A stretch of 64,000 bases of DNA from Zancudomyces culisetae HAW-14-8 (lineage: Eukaryota > Fungi > Kickxellomycota): the NCBI GenBank assembly GCA_052426225.1, contig JBNJNM010000015.1, forward strand, positions 496,001 to 560,000. Direction: 5' to 3'. This document shows positions 36,245-47,047 of the stretch, piece by piece (position 1 is the stretch's first letter; each line of letters begins with the position of its first letter). Both the position numbers and the translations under genes were made by a program. The notes below the pieces were generated by a model. It saw only the letters and a list, made by a program, of their open reading frames with translations, had not been told where the DNA came from and made no database searches.

Positions 36245-37301
36245 ATGGCCAATTTCACTGTTAAGGATGCTATTTCAATCCGTGGAACTGATCCACAACT
36301 GCTGTTCGAAAAAATAGTACGTTCGCGGATCCACGATTCAATGTATTGGAAAGAATCTTGTTTTGCCTTAACTGGTAAGTATATGGTTTTTCTATTTCTA
36401 TCTCTACTTTTATTGTTATTTTTATTGTTAATGCTTTTATTTATAAATCTTTTGTGATTTTCTTATTATAGCAAGCGAAATTGCTGAAAAATCTGTCTTG
36501 GATATAAAATATATTGGTGGATGCTTTGGTGGTAACGAAAAACCAACCGAGTTTATATGTTTGCTACTAAAAATGTTGCAAATACAGCCCGAAAAAGGAA
36601 TTATTTATGAATTTATCAACCAGGATGATTTCAAGTAAGTCCTTTTAATTCCTTTTATTACAAAGTCCCCCTCCCCCTTTTTTCTTTTCTTTTTCTTCCA
36701 TTTTATTAGACTTTTGTATATTCATTTATTTATTTCAAATTACAATCTCAAAAAAAAACAAACAGAACAAAAACAAAACAAAACAAAAACAAATTATATA
36801 AACTCTAGATATCTACGTGTTCTTGGTGCCTTTTATCTAAGATTGGTTGGTACACCAGCTGAAATCTATGAGCATTTGGAAGACTTACTAACAGACTACC
36901 GAAAAATACGCATGAGAAATAGAGGTAAGGTTCAGTTTTTGATCGATTTGCTATTATTCAAATACTAATATTCCAAAAGGGGGACAAAAAAACACTCTTT
37001 ACTACTCTTGTAAATATCCTTTTACACTTAATCTAATCTAATAATAATTTTACTACACAAATTTGGCTTTATACTAGATGGAAGCTTTTCATTAACATAT
37101 GTTGACCAAGTAATCGATAGTCTTTTAAACGAAGAGCGGTACTGTTCCACCACATTACCCAGGATTACTAAACGCTCGGTTCTTGAAGATAAAGGCGAGT
37201 TGTCACCAAGAATCAGCCCACTGGATCCTGATGCCGACAGTGACAGCGATAGCGATAGTGGTAGTAATGGTGGTAGTAATAGTGATAATGATAGCGATTA
37301 G
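36245..37301 (+). CDS. PRP38: Pre-mRNA splicing factor PRP38; exons 36245-36374, 36472-36634, 36809-36924, 37078-37301 (210 aa)
   Basis: MANFTVKDAISIRGTDPQLLFEKIVRSRIHDSMYWKESCFAL, YIGGCFGGNEKPTEFICLLLKMLQIQP, FKYLRVLGAFYLRLVG, DYRKIR, LPRITKRSVLE; three GT-AG introns in phase. Confidence 0.95.
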
Positions 37302-37502
37302 ATTAGATTTCCAAAAGACAATACATACTCGCAATTCTGTCTTTATTATTTCAAGAGTTTATGTTTATACTTTTAATTTTTATTTTTTTGTAATATAGCG
37401 TGTATTAGTATAGTTTCTCGATTTGATCAAATGGTTTTTGAAAATAACAAGCCAACAAAAGAGGCAAAATTAGAGAATATAAAGGGCAAATCAAATATTC
37501 TT

Positions 37503-40500
37503 TTAATCTACCTCATTGTGGCTTGCAAATGAGCTTCCACTATTAACATCCTGTTTAGCACCTATTTGATCATTATTTTTCTCACAATCCTTATTACTAT
37601 CATCACCATCATCATTATCATTATCATTGAAATTATCATTAGCATTGACATTGGCATTGGCGTTGGCATTTGTGTTAGCACTAGCACTAGCATTAGCATT
37701 ATAATTGTTACTCTCACTGATAGTAGTAGTAGTAGTGGTAGTGGTAGTGGTGGTAGTGGTGTTAGCTGGTTTGTACTGTTCAAAAGTAAACATCTCTGTT
37801 TCTCGTAACATTTCCAAAATCTGATACAATAACGCTTCTAGTTGGCTAAAATCCACATTTGATGGAATCCTAAAATTGCTTGATGGTAAATACTCGCTTT
37901 CGTCAAAATATTTATGTCTCTTCAATATAAACTTGCAAATTACATGTCGAACTATAAAGTTTCTTGCAAAATAATCCGAAATAAAATAGCCAACATTTCT
38001 CTTGAATGTATTAGTTACTTTACTAACATCAGCATTTTCGCCTATCCCACCAGTCATATTATTATTATTATTATTATTATTATTGTTGTTGTTGTTGTTG
38101 TTGTTGTTGCCCTTAACATTGGCGGTACTGAGGTTGTTGCCATCATTGTTATCAGCATTACCAGTACCAGTACCAGTATTGCTTTGGTTTGTATTTACAG
38201 GGTGGGCGTCAGTACTAATGGGTAAGACTCCAGGGTCTACGTCAGCACTAGGCTTGGTGTTGGGACTAAGATCAGGATCAACGTTAAGGTTGGTATCTAT
38301 ATTAGTATTGATATTGATGTTCGTATTATCCTCAGTTCCTTCATTCTTAACAGCGTTACACTTGCTATTATCACTTTCCTTTTCCATCGCTTTGTTTTTT
38401 GCATCAAAAACACTGTTGATATTCGATTTTGAATTGAGGATACTGGTATTTTTACTGACAAGACTGCCAAGCAAGTTGAAATTCGGAATGTTGCTGCCAC
38501 ATAGCTTTTGAATGAACGCCGTCATTCGGTTCTCTAGCTGAAGATACAGATCAACTATTTGTACCCACACCTCCCTGTTAATCGAAGTTATGTTGCACAT
38601 AGATAATAGCCCAAGAAGTGGTGAAAGTAAAAACCGAGTATATAAACTTCCATTGGCCAACCGATTGTAATTCAATTTTGCTGGTATCTTTGTTGGTGAC
38701 ATCAACACTATTAACGGCTGATTAAACAGCGATTTCATACTTTTAAATGATGCAGAGTTTGGGCTTTCTACGATTATAAACATGGGTTTTCGGGTATTGG
38801 GAAGAAGGTCACCCGGATAAATACACTCTGGTTCCAGCTGGAAATCGTCAATCTCATCAACACTGGTCTCGGAATTACCAGCAGCAGATTGCTGATGTGT
38901 CTGGTCTTGCTGTTGTTGTTGTTGTTGCTGCTGTTGTTGACTTTGTTGTTGTTGTTGGCTTTGTTGTTGTTGGTTTTGTTGTTGTTGACCCTGAGTTTGA
39001 CTTTGATTCTGGCTTGGGCTTTGGGCTGGCCCCTGTTGCTGCATCTGTTCTTGCTGCTGTTTATGTAATGCCAGATTTCCTTTCTCTGGCCTATTTCTCG
39101 AAATGCTTTGAAAGTTGGTCTTTATTCCAGAAACAAACTCGCTTTCTTGGGTCGATAAAATCTCTGAATTTACATTTCCTTCACCAGATAAGTATACCAT
39201 CATCCCATTCTGGTTTCCTGTCTGCTGATACCCATTAGCCAGTGTGTTCATGATACTCGAACAATTGGCCTTGTATAACATGTATTTATGTGGGTTGACT
39301 ATTTTTACCCTAGGCGTTTTCAAATCCTCCGCTATATCTGTGTTTTGTCTTTCTCGCTGTTCTTCGTCCACTTGCGTCATCGACACACCTGTTGTTGTTG
39401 TTGCTACTGGTTTACTACCCAGTTGCGTTTCGCCAGTCAAGCCCACCTGGTTTTCTTCATACTCTAGACAATGAAGCATATGGTACATATCCAATGTCAG
39501 ATCGGAAAACTTGATTTGCGAGTAGAAGTTTCCTACAATCACCGCATGTTGAATTATACTTTTGTCATCCGCCTGAGGAGTTGACTGCCAACAACTCCAT
39601 TTGGCCTTTACATTTACATTTACATTTGTATTTGTATTGCTAACATCCTCTTCTTTATCCATTATCCGCATGTCCAAACCGTTCCCAAGCTCGTCTTTTG
39701 GCATCATGGACTCGTAAGCCTTTAAAAATACTTGTACCTCTTTTACAACTAATCCCCACTCATCCTTATCTACTGGGTTGAATATACTTGAGTAGCCCGC
39801 TATCAAGTTATCCAGCCCATTCAAAAGACCCAAAATCTCCTCTTGACTATTTTGCTGTACCAAACACACCACTATAAACCTCGCATAGTATCTCATTTTT
39901 TTAATCATTAGCGCATAATTTTGTATTTCCTGAACTCCTCTAAAATACTGTCTATCCTGTATTGCCTTGTAGAATCTGTATGCCTCTCTAAGATATTTGG
40001 TTTCACTTGTCCTCATATAATACTGATAATATACTTGCCCTATCTTTGACGCTATCTCACCAACTTCCCACCTTCTTAACCCATAATTATTCGTATCTTC
40101 CAATATCTTTCTGTGCATTTGTTGGAATTTCCATAGTCTCGCGTACACATCAAACGTTGTTTGGAAATGTGTTCTCCACTGCTTATTTCCCGCAAGCGGC
40201 AGTTCCCTTATCCCCGCAAATAAACTCTGACTCTTCTCCAGTAGATACTCAAACTCCTCTACAATATCTTTGACAACCTCTTGTCTGCGCTCTTCTTGTT
40301 TTTCCTGTTCTATAGTAGCATCCAAATTTGTGGCTGTATCCAAGATCTCGGATTTTTGTGCCTGTGTTTGTATATTGTCTGCCTTTTCCTCGATAGGTTC
40401 ACCTTCTTTTACAGATTCAACCTTTTCGTCTTTTGGAGCGTTTTTTGCAGTATTTTCGTCAAGCTCGTCATTTGAACAGTTGTCCTTGACCACTGCCCGT

Positions 40501-40865
40501 GTATCAGGTAGGCTGGAGGGTTCTGGTAATATCTCGGATTTGCTTTTTCTCCTCAGTTGTGCTTTACTCCTGTCGTATTCATCTTGTCCCAAAAGCTCAA
40601 CCTCGTCCTCGTCTTTGCCCTTGCCCTTGCTCTTACCCTTACCCTTACCCTTATCCTTGCCTTCATTTGCAGACTTACTTTCTTTTCCATCTTGTTCTTC
40701 TTGTGCCTTTGCTATTTCAGTAGAATTTAACCAAACCGATTTCTTTTGGTTTTCCTGCTGTAAACTATCCTCTTTTTGGATTTTTTCGACGCTGTTCTCC
40801 TGCTTTTGGATTGCATGTGAGCTTGCATCCGGTTCCCGCTCGTTTTCATTTACTTGTTTTTCCAT
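37503..40865 (-). CDS. SCAI: SCAI (suppressor of cancer cell invasion / DUF3550) homologue with polyQ, polyN and polyT insertions, intronless, 1120 aa
   Basis: EFEYLLEKSQSLFAGIRELP..G.KQW...F..TFDVYARLWKFQQ.HR, YGLRRWEVGEIASKIGQVYYQYYMRTSE, RYYARFIVVCL, IKFSDLTLDMYHML, NPHKYMLYK, IYPGDLLPNTRKPMFIIVES. Confidence 0.9.
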   Translation of the reverse strand: MEKQVNENEREPDASSHAIQKQENSVEKIQKEDSLQQENQKKSVWLNSTEIAKAQEEQDGKESKSANEGKDKGKGKGKSKGKGKDEDEVELLGQDEYDRSKAQLRRKSKSEILPEPSSLPDTRAVVKDNCSNDELDENTAKNAPKDEKVESVKEGEPIEEKADNIQTQAQKSEILDTATNLDATIEQEKQEERRQEVVKDIVEEFEYLLEKSQSLFAGIRELPLAGNKQWRTHFQTTFDVYARLWKFQQMHRKILEDTNNYGLRRWEVGEIASKIGQVYYQYYMRTSETKYLREAYRFYKAIQDRQYFRGVQEIQNYALMIKKMRYYARFIVVCLVQQNSQEEILGLLNGLDNLIAGYSSIFNPVDKDEWGLVVKEVQVFLKAYESMMPKDELGNGLDMRIMDKEEDVSNTNTNVNVNVKAKWSCWQSTPQADDKSIIQHAVIVGNFYSQIKFSDLTLDMYHMLHCLEYEENQVGLTGETQLGSKPVATTTTGVSMTQVDEEQRERQNTDIAEDLKTPRVKIVNPHKYMLYKANCSSIMNTLANGYQQTGNQNGMMVYLSGEGNVNSEILSTQESEFVSGIKTNFQSISRNRPEKGNLALHKQQQEQMQQQGPAQSPSQNQSQTQGQQQQNQQQQSQQQQQSQQQQQQQQQQQDQTHQQSAAGNSETSVDEIDDFQLEPECIYPGDLLPNTRKPMFIIVESPNSASFKSMKSLFNQPLIVLMSPTKIPAKLNYNRLANGSLYTRFLLSPLLGLLSMCNITSINREVWVQIVDLYLQLENRMTAFIQKLCGSNIPNFNLLGSLVSKNTSILNSKSNINSVFDAKNKAMEKESDNSKCNAVKNEGTEDNTNININTNIDTNLNVDPDLSPNTKPSADVDPGVLPISTDAHPVNTNQSNTGTGTGNADNNDGNNLSTANVKGNNNNNNNNNNNNNNNNNMTGGIGENADVSKVTNTFKRNVGYFISDYFARNFIVRHVICKFILKRHKYFDESEYLPSSNFRIPSNVDFSQLEALLYQILEMLRETEMFTFEQYKPANTTTTTTTTTTTTTISESNNYNANASASANTNANANANVNANDNFNDNDNDDGDDSNKDCEKNNDQIGAKQDVNSGSSFASHNEVD

Positions 40866-41313
40866 GTAAGTAGCCTTTGATTCGTATAAACTTTGTAACT
40901 ATCTAATCACACACGGTTATTTTAATATTATATACATTTAAAAAGTTGTAAAGTTTAGTTTATACCATAAATACACAATAATGCATTGTCTTTTATTATT
41001 ATTATTTCTTTTTGGAGGAATATATTCTTTTTAACAACAGACTTCCTTGCTCCTTTGTTTCTTCATCATGATAGGTCCACAATCCCCACTCCCCTCATCT
41101 CCTTCAGAAAAATAATTTGCCAGAAACATACACAATTTTTTTTTATGTTGATGAAATCCAAAACCCAATCTTTTTTTTTCTTCTTGTCAGCTAAGTTCAG
41201 ATTGTAAATGATTGATATACCTCATTAAGCTCTTTTCCTAGACAAAGAAAAAAAACCTTCAGCTATATACACTTTGATTTTTTTAATATCTCCCCCTCCA
41301 AATAGTTGTAAAT

Positions 41314-43275
41314 ATGAGGTTATTTAATAGTTCTCGCAGGGTGTACTCGATAATTCCACTAGTCAAGCGTACAAGCTCATTATCGAAATTAGTAAGCTTA
41401 CCCAACAGCTTTAGGATAAATAGTCCAGCTATATTCACAAAACACTATTCAAGTTCGACGGAAAATGACAATAATAAGCTGGTCAGACATTTGAAACAAA
41501 AGATCTTGGCTACCGGGCCCATACCAATTTCAGAGTATATGAAACTGGCCTTAACAAGCCCTGTAGGAGGATATTACACCAGCAAAAGTGGGGAACAGGT
41601 GTTTGGTTCGACTGGTGATTTTGTGACTTCTCCTGAAATTAGCCAAATGTTTGGAGAGATTGTAATGATTTGGTATATTGCCCTGTGGGAAATGATGAAA
41701 TGTCCAGGAAATATTGAAATTGTAGAACTCGGACCGGGAAAAGGAACATTGATGAGCGATATGTTGAGAGTAAGTAACGTATTATACTTTATTTTTTTTT
41801 AAATAAACATGGTATATGTAGAATATTCCTTTTTATTACACATACTCACTTTTAAAAGGTTGTTAAATATCAAACAATTCCACTACCTTTAATCTAGACT
41901 GCAAAGAGGTTCAAGAGGTTTGGTGACAAAATTAAAAAAGTTCACATGATTGAAGCTAGTGAAGAGTTAAAAAACAACCAAAAAGTCAAACTTCTAGCTG
42001 GTGATCATACAACAAACACTTCAAAATATGGAGACTATGAAATCAATTGGTATAGTAACATTGACGAACTTCAACTTTCAGGTAAACCTTTTTTCTTTTT
42101 TACATATGCAAAACGAATACATTAGCTTTTTTTTTTGTGGAATTCAACTTTTTCTGTAAATCCTTCCATCAACTTTCTTTATGTTTAGCTTATAACTCGT
42201 ATCTCTACTGTCGATTTGATTCTAATAATTATATTAATAATACTAATGGTATGGTATGGTATGGCATGGTATCTGATTTATTTAATAAATAGAGGGTTCA
42301 ACAGCATTCTTTATTGCACATGAATTCTTTGACGCATTGCCTATCCACAGGTTTGAATTAACAAGCTCTGGATGGGCAGAGATCATGGTAGATATCAATT
42401 CCAACAAAGAAGCAAAAGATAGCAATATCGTTGATGTTAACCGTCTTGATTCGGTTGTTACCACATATTCAGCTTCTGATTTATCCAAAAAGGCGGCACA
42501 AGACAAAGCTGACGACATGGAATTTAGATTTGTAAAAACAAAAAACCCAACGTTGAACTCGACAGCATATCTGACGGATAGTATCTATAAAACCAAGTTT
42601 GAAGTTGGTGACAGTATTGAGGTTTCACCAGAATCAGCTAGTACCGCCCAGAAAATTGCAAAATTGATTGACAGTCATAATGGAGCAGGCCTGGTTATTG
42701 ATTATGGTCAGGATTGGACTCAGGGATCTACATTTAGGGTAAATAAAACAAACTCTTAGCACGAATTGAATATTTTTATGACTATTTTTATTTTTCCACA
42801 CAACACTGTTTTAACCGTGTTTTGTTTTATAGGGTATATCAAACCACAGATTTGTTCATCCACTTTCAAACCCAGGAAAGATCGATTTGACAGCAGATGT
42901 GGACTTTTTGTACCTGCGAAAAAACATTGCACCTTTTGGTAAGTACAGTACATTTCTCCTGTAGCTGTGTACTGCAATTATAAACTGGTATTGGAAGTGA
43001 AGGCGTTGATCTATTAATAATGTATATATTTTTATTAATAATACATGTGAATAGCCAAGACCTTTGGACCAATCGAACAGCAAGAGTTCCTGCACTCAAT
43101 GGGAATTCAAGAAAGATTAAAGCAGTTAGTACAGCTTGCGGCTAACGATGAGAAGCTGCAACATAGCCTTGTTGAGAGCTATAAACGGCTGACAGGTTCA
43201 ATGGCCATGGGTAAAATTTACAAGTTTATGGCTATTGTTAATAAGAACGTTGCCGAAAAACCTGTTCCTTTTTAA
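41314..43275 (+). CDS. NDUFAF7: Mitochondrial protein-arginine methyltransferase NDUFAF7/MidA; exons 41314-41769, 41898-42081, 42293-42738, 42833-42938, 43055-43275 (~470 aa)
   Basis: Presequence, GPIPISEYM...GYY, GDFVTSPEISQMFGE, IVELGPGKGTLMSD, AHEFFDALP, LVIDYG, DLTADVDF, MGKIYK; four GT-AG introns in phase. Confidence 0.95.
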
Positions 43276-43973
43276 CCTTTCTTTTTAGATATAAATGTTT
43301 TTATCATTATTTTCTTCCCTCTGCTTTTTTTTTTCTAGACTTTGGAGGTATTTAAACCCGCCATTTTTTTCTTGACTATGTTTTATTTCCGCAAAACATT
43401 TCAATTGCTGCGTTTAAATGGTGTGTATACTTTGTCCTTAGCCAATAGATGCCGCTATTTGCGCGTAAATGCACGACTTTTGTATCCACAATAACTATAG
43501 AAAAAAATAGTTTGACAAACTTTCTTTTCATCAACCCATTTTGAATCCAAAAGCGCAAGTGAAAGTAATGGCGAAAAATAAATATCCAAGGATGATTAAG
43601 GTGGATCAGAGCCAGGTGTCAAATTCAAGACTAATTATATATTTATTAATTTCAACTCTTGTAATTAAGGATAAATATAGTTGTTGAAATATAATTAGAT
43701 TAGGTATAGAATATACTTTATATATAACATATATATTTTATTTTTTTCCAAAATTTGGAATACATTTAATCAATAAATGTTGATTTACTAGAAATATTAT
43801 AACACAATAAACTTTTTCTATAGTGAATTACAAAAAAGAATAGATTTATATCATATTTTACTCGTTTTTTGTTTTTTTTTGTTTTTTCAGTTTTACGTAC
43901 AAAACCATAAAAGCGGGCAAGAAAAAAATAGAAAAAGTCAAAGAAAAGTAAAAAGAAGAACGAGCGATATTCA

Positions 43974-46910
43974 ATGAATTTGGAAAAAGAAACACTAGAC
44001 ATTTTTCAGCTAGTAACAACAGACAAGCAATGGAACCTTAAAACCGATCGGAAGGATTTTTTAAATCGGTTGGGAAAAATTGTTGAACCGATTGTTTTAG
44101 ATGAAGAGGAGCAAAAGATCGAGCTAGTTCAGATTGAAAGGGTTGTTGCAATATTAAAGATAAGTATACATAACTTGGTTTCTTTGTCTTTATCTTACTT
44201 TTCAGCAAAAGCTCATCACAGCTTAGCTGGCAGGACACATTTCTATTTCTATTTTTTTTAACTTTGTATTTATTTACTTTACCCTTTTTATTTAAAACAT
44301 CATTGCATTTGAATTAACTATATTATAAAAAAAACTCAAAACTAGTACGAGGTTATAAGCAAGTACAATGATAAAGAGCTAGTTAATGCTGGGATTGAGT
44401 ATATCTCGCGGGTTTTGGTCATTAAGTATACACGAGTATCGGGCATAGAAAAAATCGGAGTGGTTGAATTGTTTTTGAACATCGTAACAAAAATACTAAA
44501 GGTGGTTTTGGCAGCGCAAAAAAACAAGCATTCTGAGAGTGTGGCCTATCAAAAGGTACTAATTACAGCTTGTGAAAACACCAACTCGGTCATAAACGCG
44601 CTTTTACTTTATGGTATGATTGATAACGAGGGAGAACGGACTAGTAATAATACTGGAATGTTGATTTGGAGTTTGACCGGGATCAACAATGTAGTTAGTG
44701 ATTGTACAGACGAGTGTATTGGTGGCTGTTTGGTTGGTTTGATAAAGTTGGTTTCTCAGGTGCTTGTTAGTAATAAAGCGATTCAAATGACAGCAGGGAG
44801 TACAGAGATGGACAATGAACAAGAAAACCAAGAAAAAAAAATAATCGAGGTAGGCAGCGATCTTATCGAGAGTGTTGCCAAAGTGTTTTGTGAAGAAAAA
44901 TACAAAAGAGCAATATTTTTACCAAATAGCCAAGATACCTGTAACATATACAAGAAGGTGTGTCAAAAGTTGTTGGATCTAAACAAGGGACTTAATAAAT
45001 ACTATAATAGTAATGCGATAAAACTTAAAAATACAGTGGCAAACGTGCTATTTTCACTTGTAAAAAACAACGAGCAATCTCTGTACAATGACATACTGGA
45101 AGGGATTCTAGCGGTTGAAATACATAGAATAATGGATTTAGAACTGTTGTTGGATGAGAATCAGACTGTTACTAACCAAGAAAACTCGAAACTAAAAAAG
45201 TACTATCAGCTGAATATTAAATACAGCGTAAAAATAGTTAAAAACTACATCAAGTTGATAATGAAGCACGGAATTGGGACAGGGATAATACAGAAAAATA
45301 TGTCTCTCTTTCAAGAGATCTATGAACACATGGCTGCATTGTCCGAGGAAATGAGTGGTTCTCATCACTATAAAGATGAGGCTGAAAAACTCAATGGTAT
45401 CCTAACCCTGATCGAATTAAGAGTGTTGGAGCAGTGTGGTCTGAAACGAATCAGCGATAGTAATAGTAACAGTAATAACAGTAGAAGGAATCTTTTAAAA
45501 AATTATGCAATACTGAAGTCTATGGGATTAAATTTTGCAAAGTTCACACATAACCAACAATCAATGATCCTTGAGAATGGATTCCTCTCAAAAATAGCCA
45601 ACATAGCAGATGCTGTAAAAAGCGAACTTGTTTTAAACCCCAGGAATATAGATGAACTCACAACTCTTTATCTCGTGGTTCCTCAAAGCATCAAGGCTGG
45701 GCTGGGGATTGCTGGGTACAGAACATGGGAACTGGATACTTTCCAAATTATACTACAAAGTGTTGATGGAAGTTTGGCATGTTATTGTGTGACTCAATCC
45801 TATTTGTATTTGAAAAAAACCGGAATATATCCAGAAGAAAAACTATATAAAATATGTAAAAAAATGATCGAAATAGGCTCGCGTTTGAATAGAACCGAAA
45901 ATAATAGCCGTGAAAATGGTGCTAGCTTATCATGCTTGACCAAAGTTTCACAATTCAATATCAAATTTTTCATAGCTGCAATGTGTAAAGAACTAAGCGA
46001 GTCGTATCTTTCTTCGTTATTGGGTTTGGGTTTCCAGTGCCATCTGATTCCATACACATACATTTACTCTAGATTAAAAACAAACAATCGGTATTTCTCC
46101 AAGTGCCAAGATATCTGTCTAATTCTCAACCAGACTCTAATAGCCTGTGCAAAACAGCTTGGCTCATTATATTCCTCATCTCGATCAGCTCCTGCTCCTG
46201 CTCCTGCTCCTGTTAATATCAGAGAGGTAATGAACGATTTGGATTTATTACACGAACTAACCAAAGTTAAATTCCCACCTAAAGTTGTTGAAAAGACAAA
46301 TCTTGCTATAACGAAACTTCTCAATATAACGCTGAACTCCTACATGGCTTCTCAAAGCAGTTTTAACCTGATGAAAAATCAAGGAGATGGCAGCAATAAT
46401 CCAGCTAACGACAAACATACTGCTGAAATCATTGGGCTTTTGCTGAGTATAAAAAATGAGTTGGCTGAAAACAATGCCAATGTAACCGCTAGCCAAATAG
46501 ACAACACAAATATTGAGCACTTGTCAAAGATTGAATCAAATTACCTACAGCTAATTGAGTATTTGAAACATCGCTTTTTACAATTGTTATCAAATGGAAA
46601 CAGAATTGGCAATAATATACCTAGTAATAACGGGTATCCAAACGGAGAAAATATAAACGGACTTAAAAGTGACCTGGAAATGCTAGCTTCTGTATTTATT
46701 TACATTATTAACAACAACAAAAATTGGCTGGTACTAGAATCGGTGCTACAGACTCTGATATCTTTGCTGCTCCAAACTTCAGAGCTGGAATCTAACAATG
46801 ATACTAACAATAGAATCCAAGAGACTATAAACCACATCTGTTCCACTAACAAGGAATTCGAACTAATCGTGTCCAATTATTTGGGTGAATCCAAACCAGT
46901 ATCATACTAG
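43974..46910 (+). CDS. Uncharacterised Leu/Ile-rich alpha-helical protein; probable exons 43974-44177 and 44346-46910 (~922 aa)
   Basis: Long open frame 44346-46910 preceded by a CTAG acceptor in phase 0; the upstream 43974 ORF can join through a weak TTG|GTTTCT donor. No motif recognised with confidence. Confidence 0.7.
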
Positions 46911-47047
46911 CCCTCACTTTTTATTTTCCCCGTTTCTCCCCTTTTCTCCACGTTCCAGTTCTTTCTACTCTCTTTTTTTTTTCGTTTTTTGCTTTTCTGC
47001 ATGCAGTTCATTTATTCGAGTTATGAATCAGATATATCATGCTTAAA

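Noticed and set aside
29523-40869. Numerous short opposite-strand ORFs (poly-L, poly-I, poly-V, poly-S) inside RRP5 and SCAI
   Set aside because: Antisense or alternative-frame readings of triplet repeats and of the strand skew.
16417-43275. NDUFAF6 and NDUFAF7 in one window as a complex I assembly cluster (likewise RRP5, PRP38 and the DEAH helicase as an RNA-processing cluster)
   Set aside because: They are separated by unrelated genes; proximity of housekeeping genes is expected by chance without synteny data.
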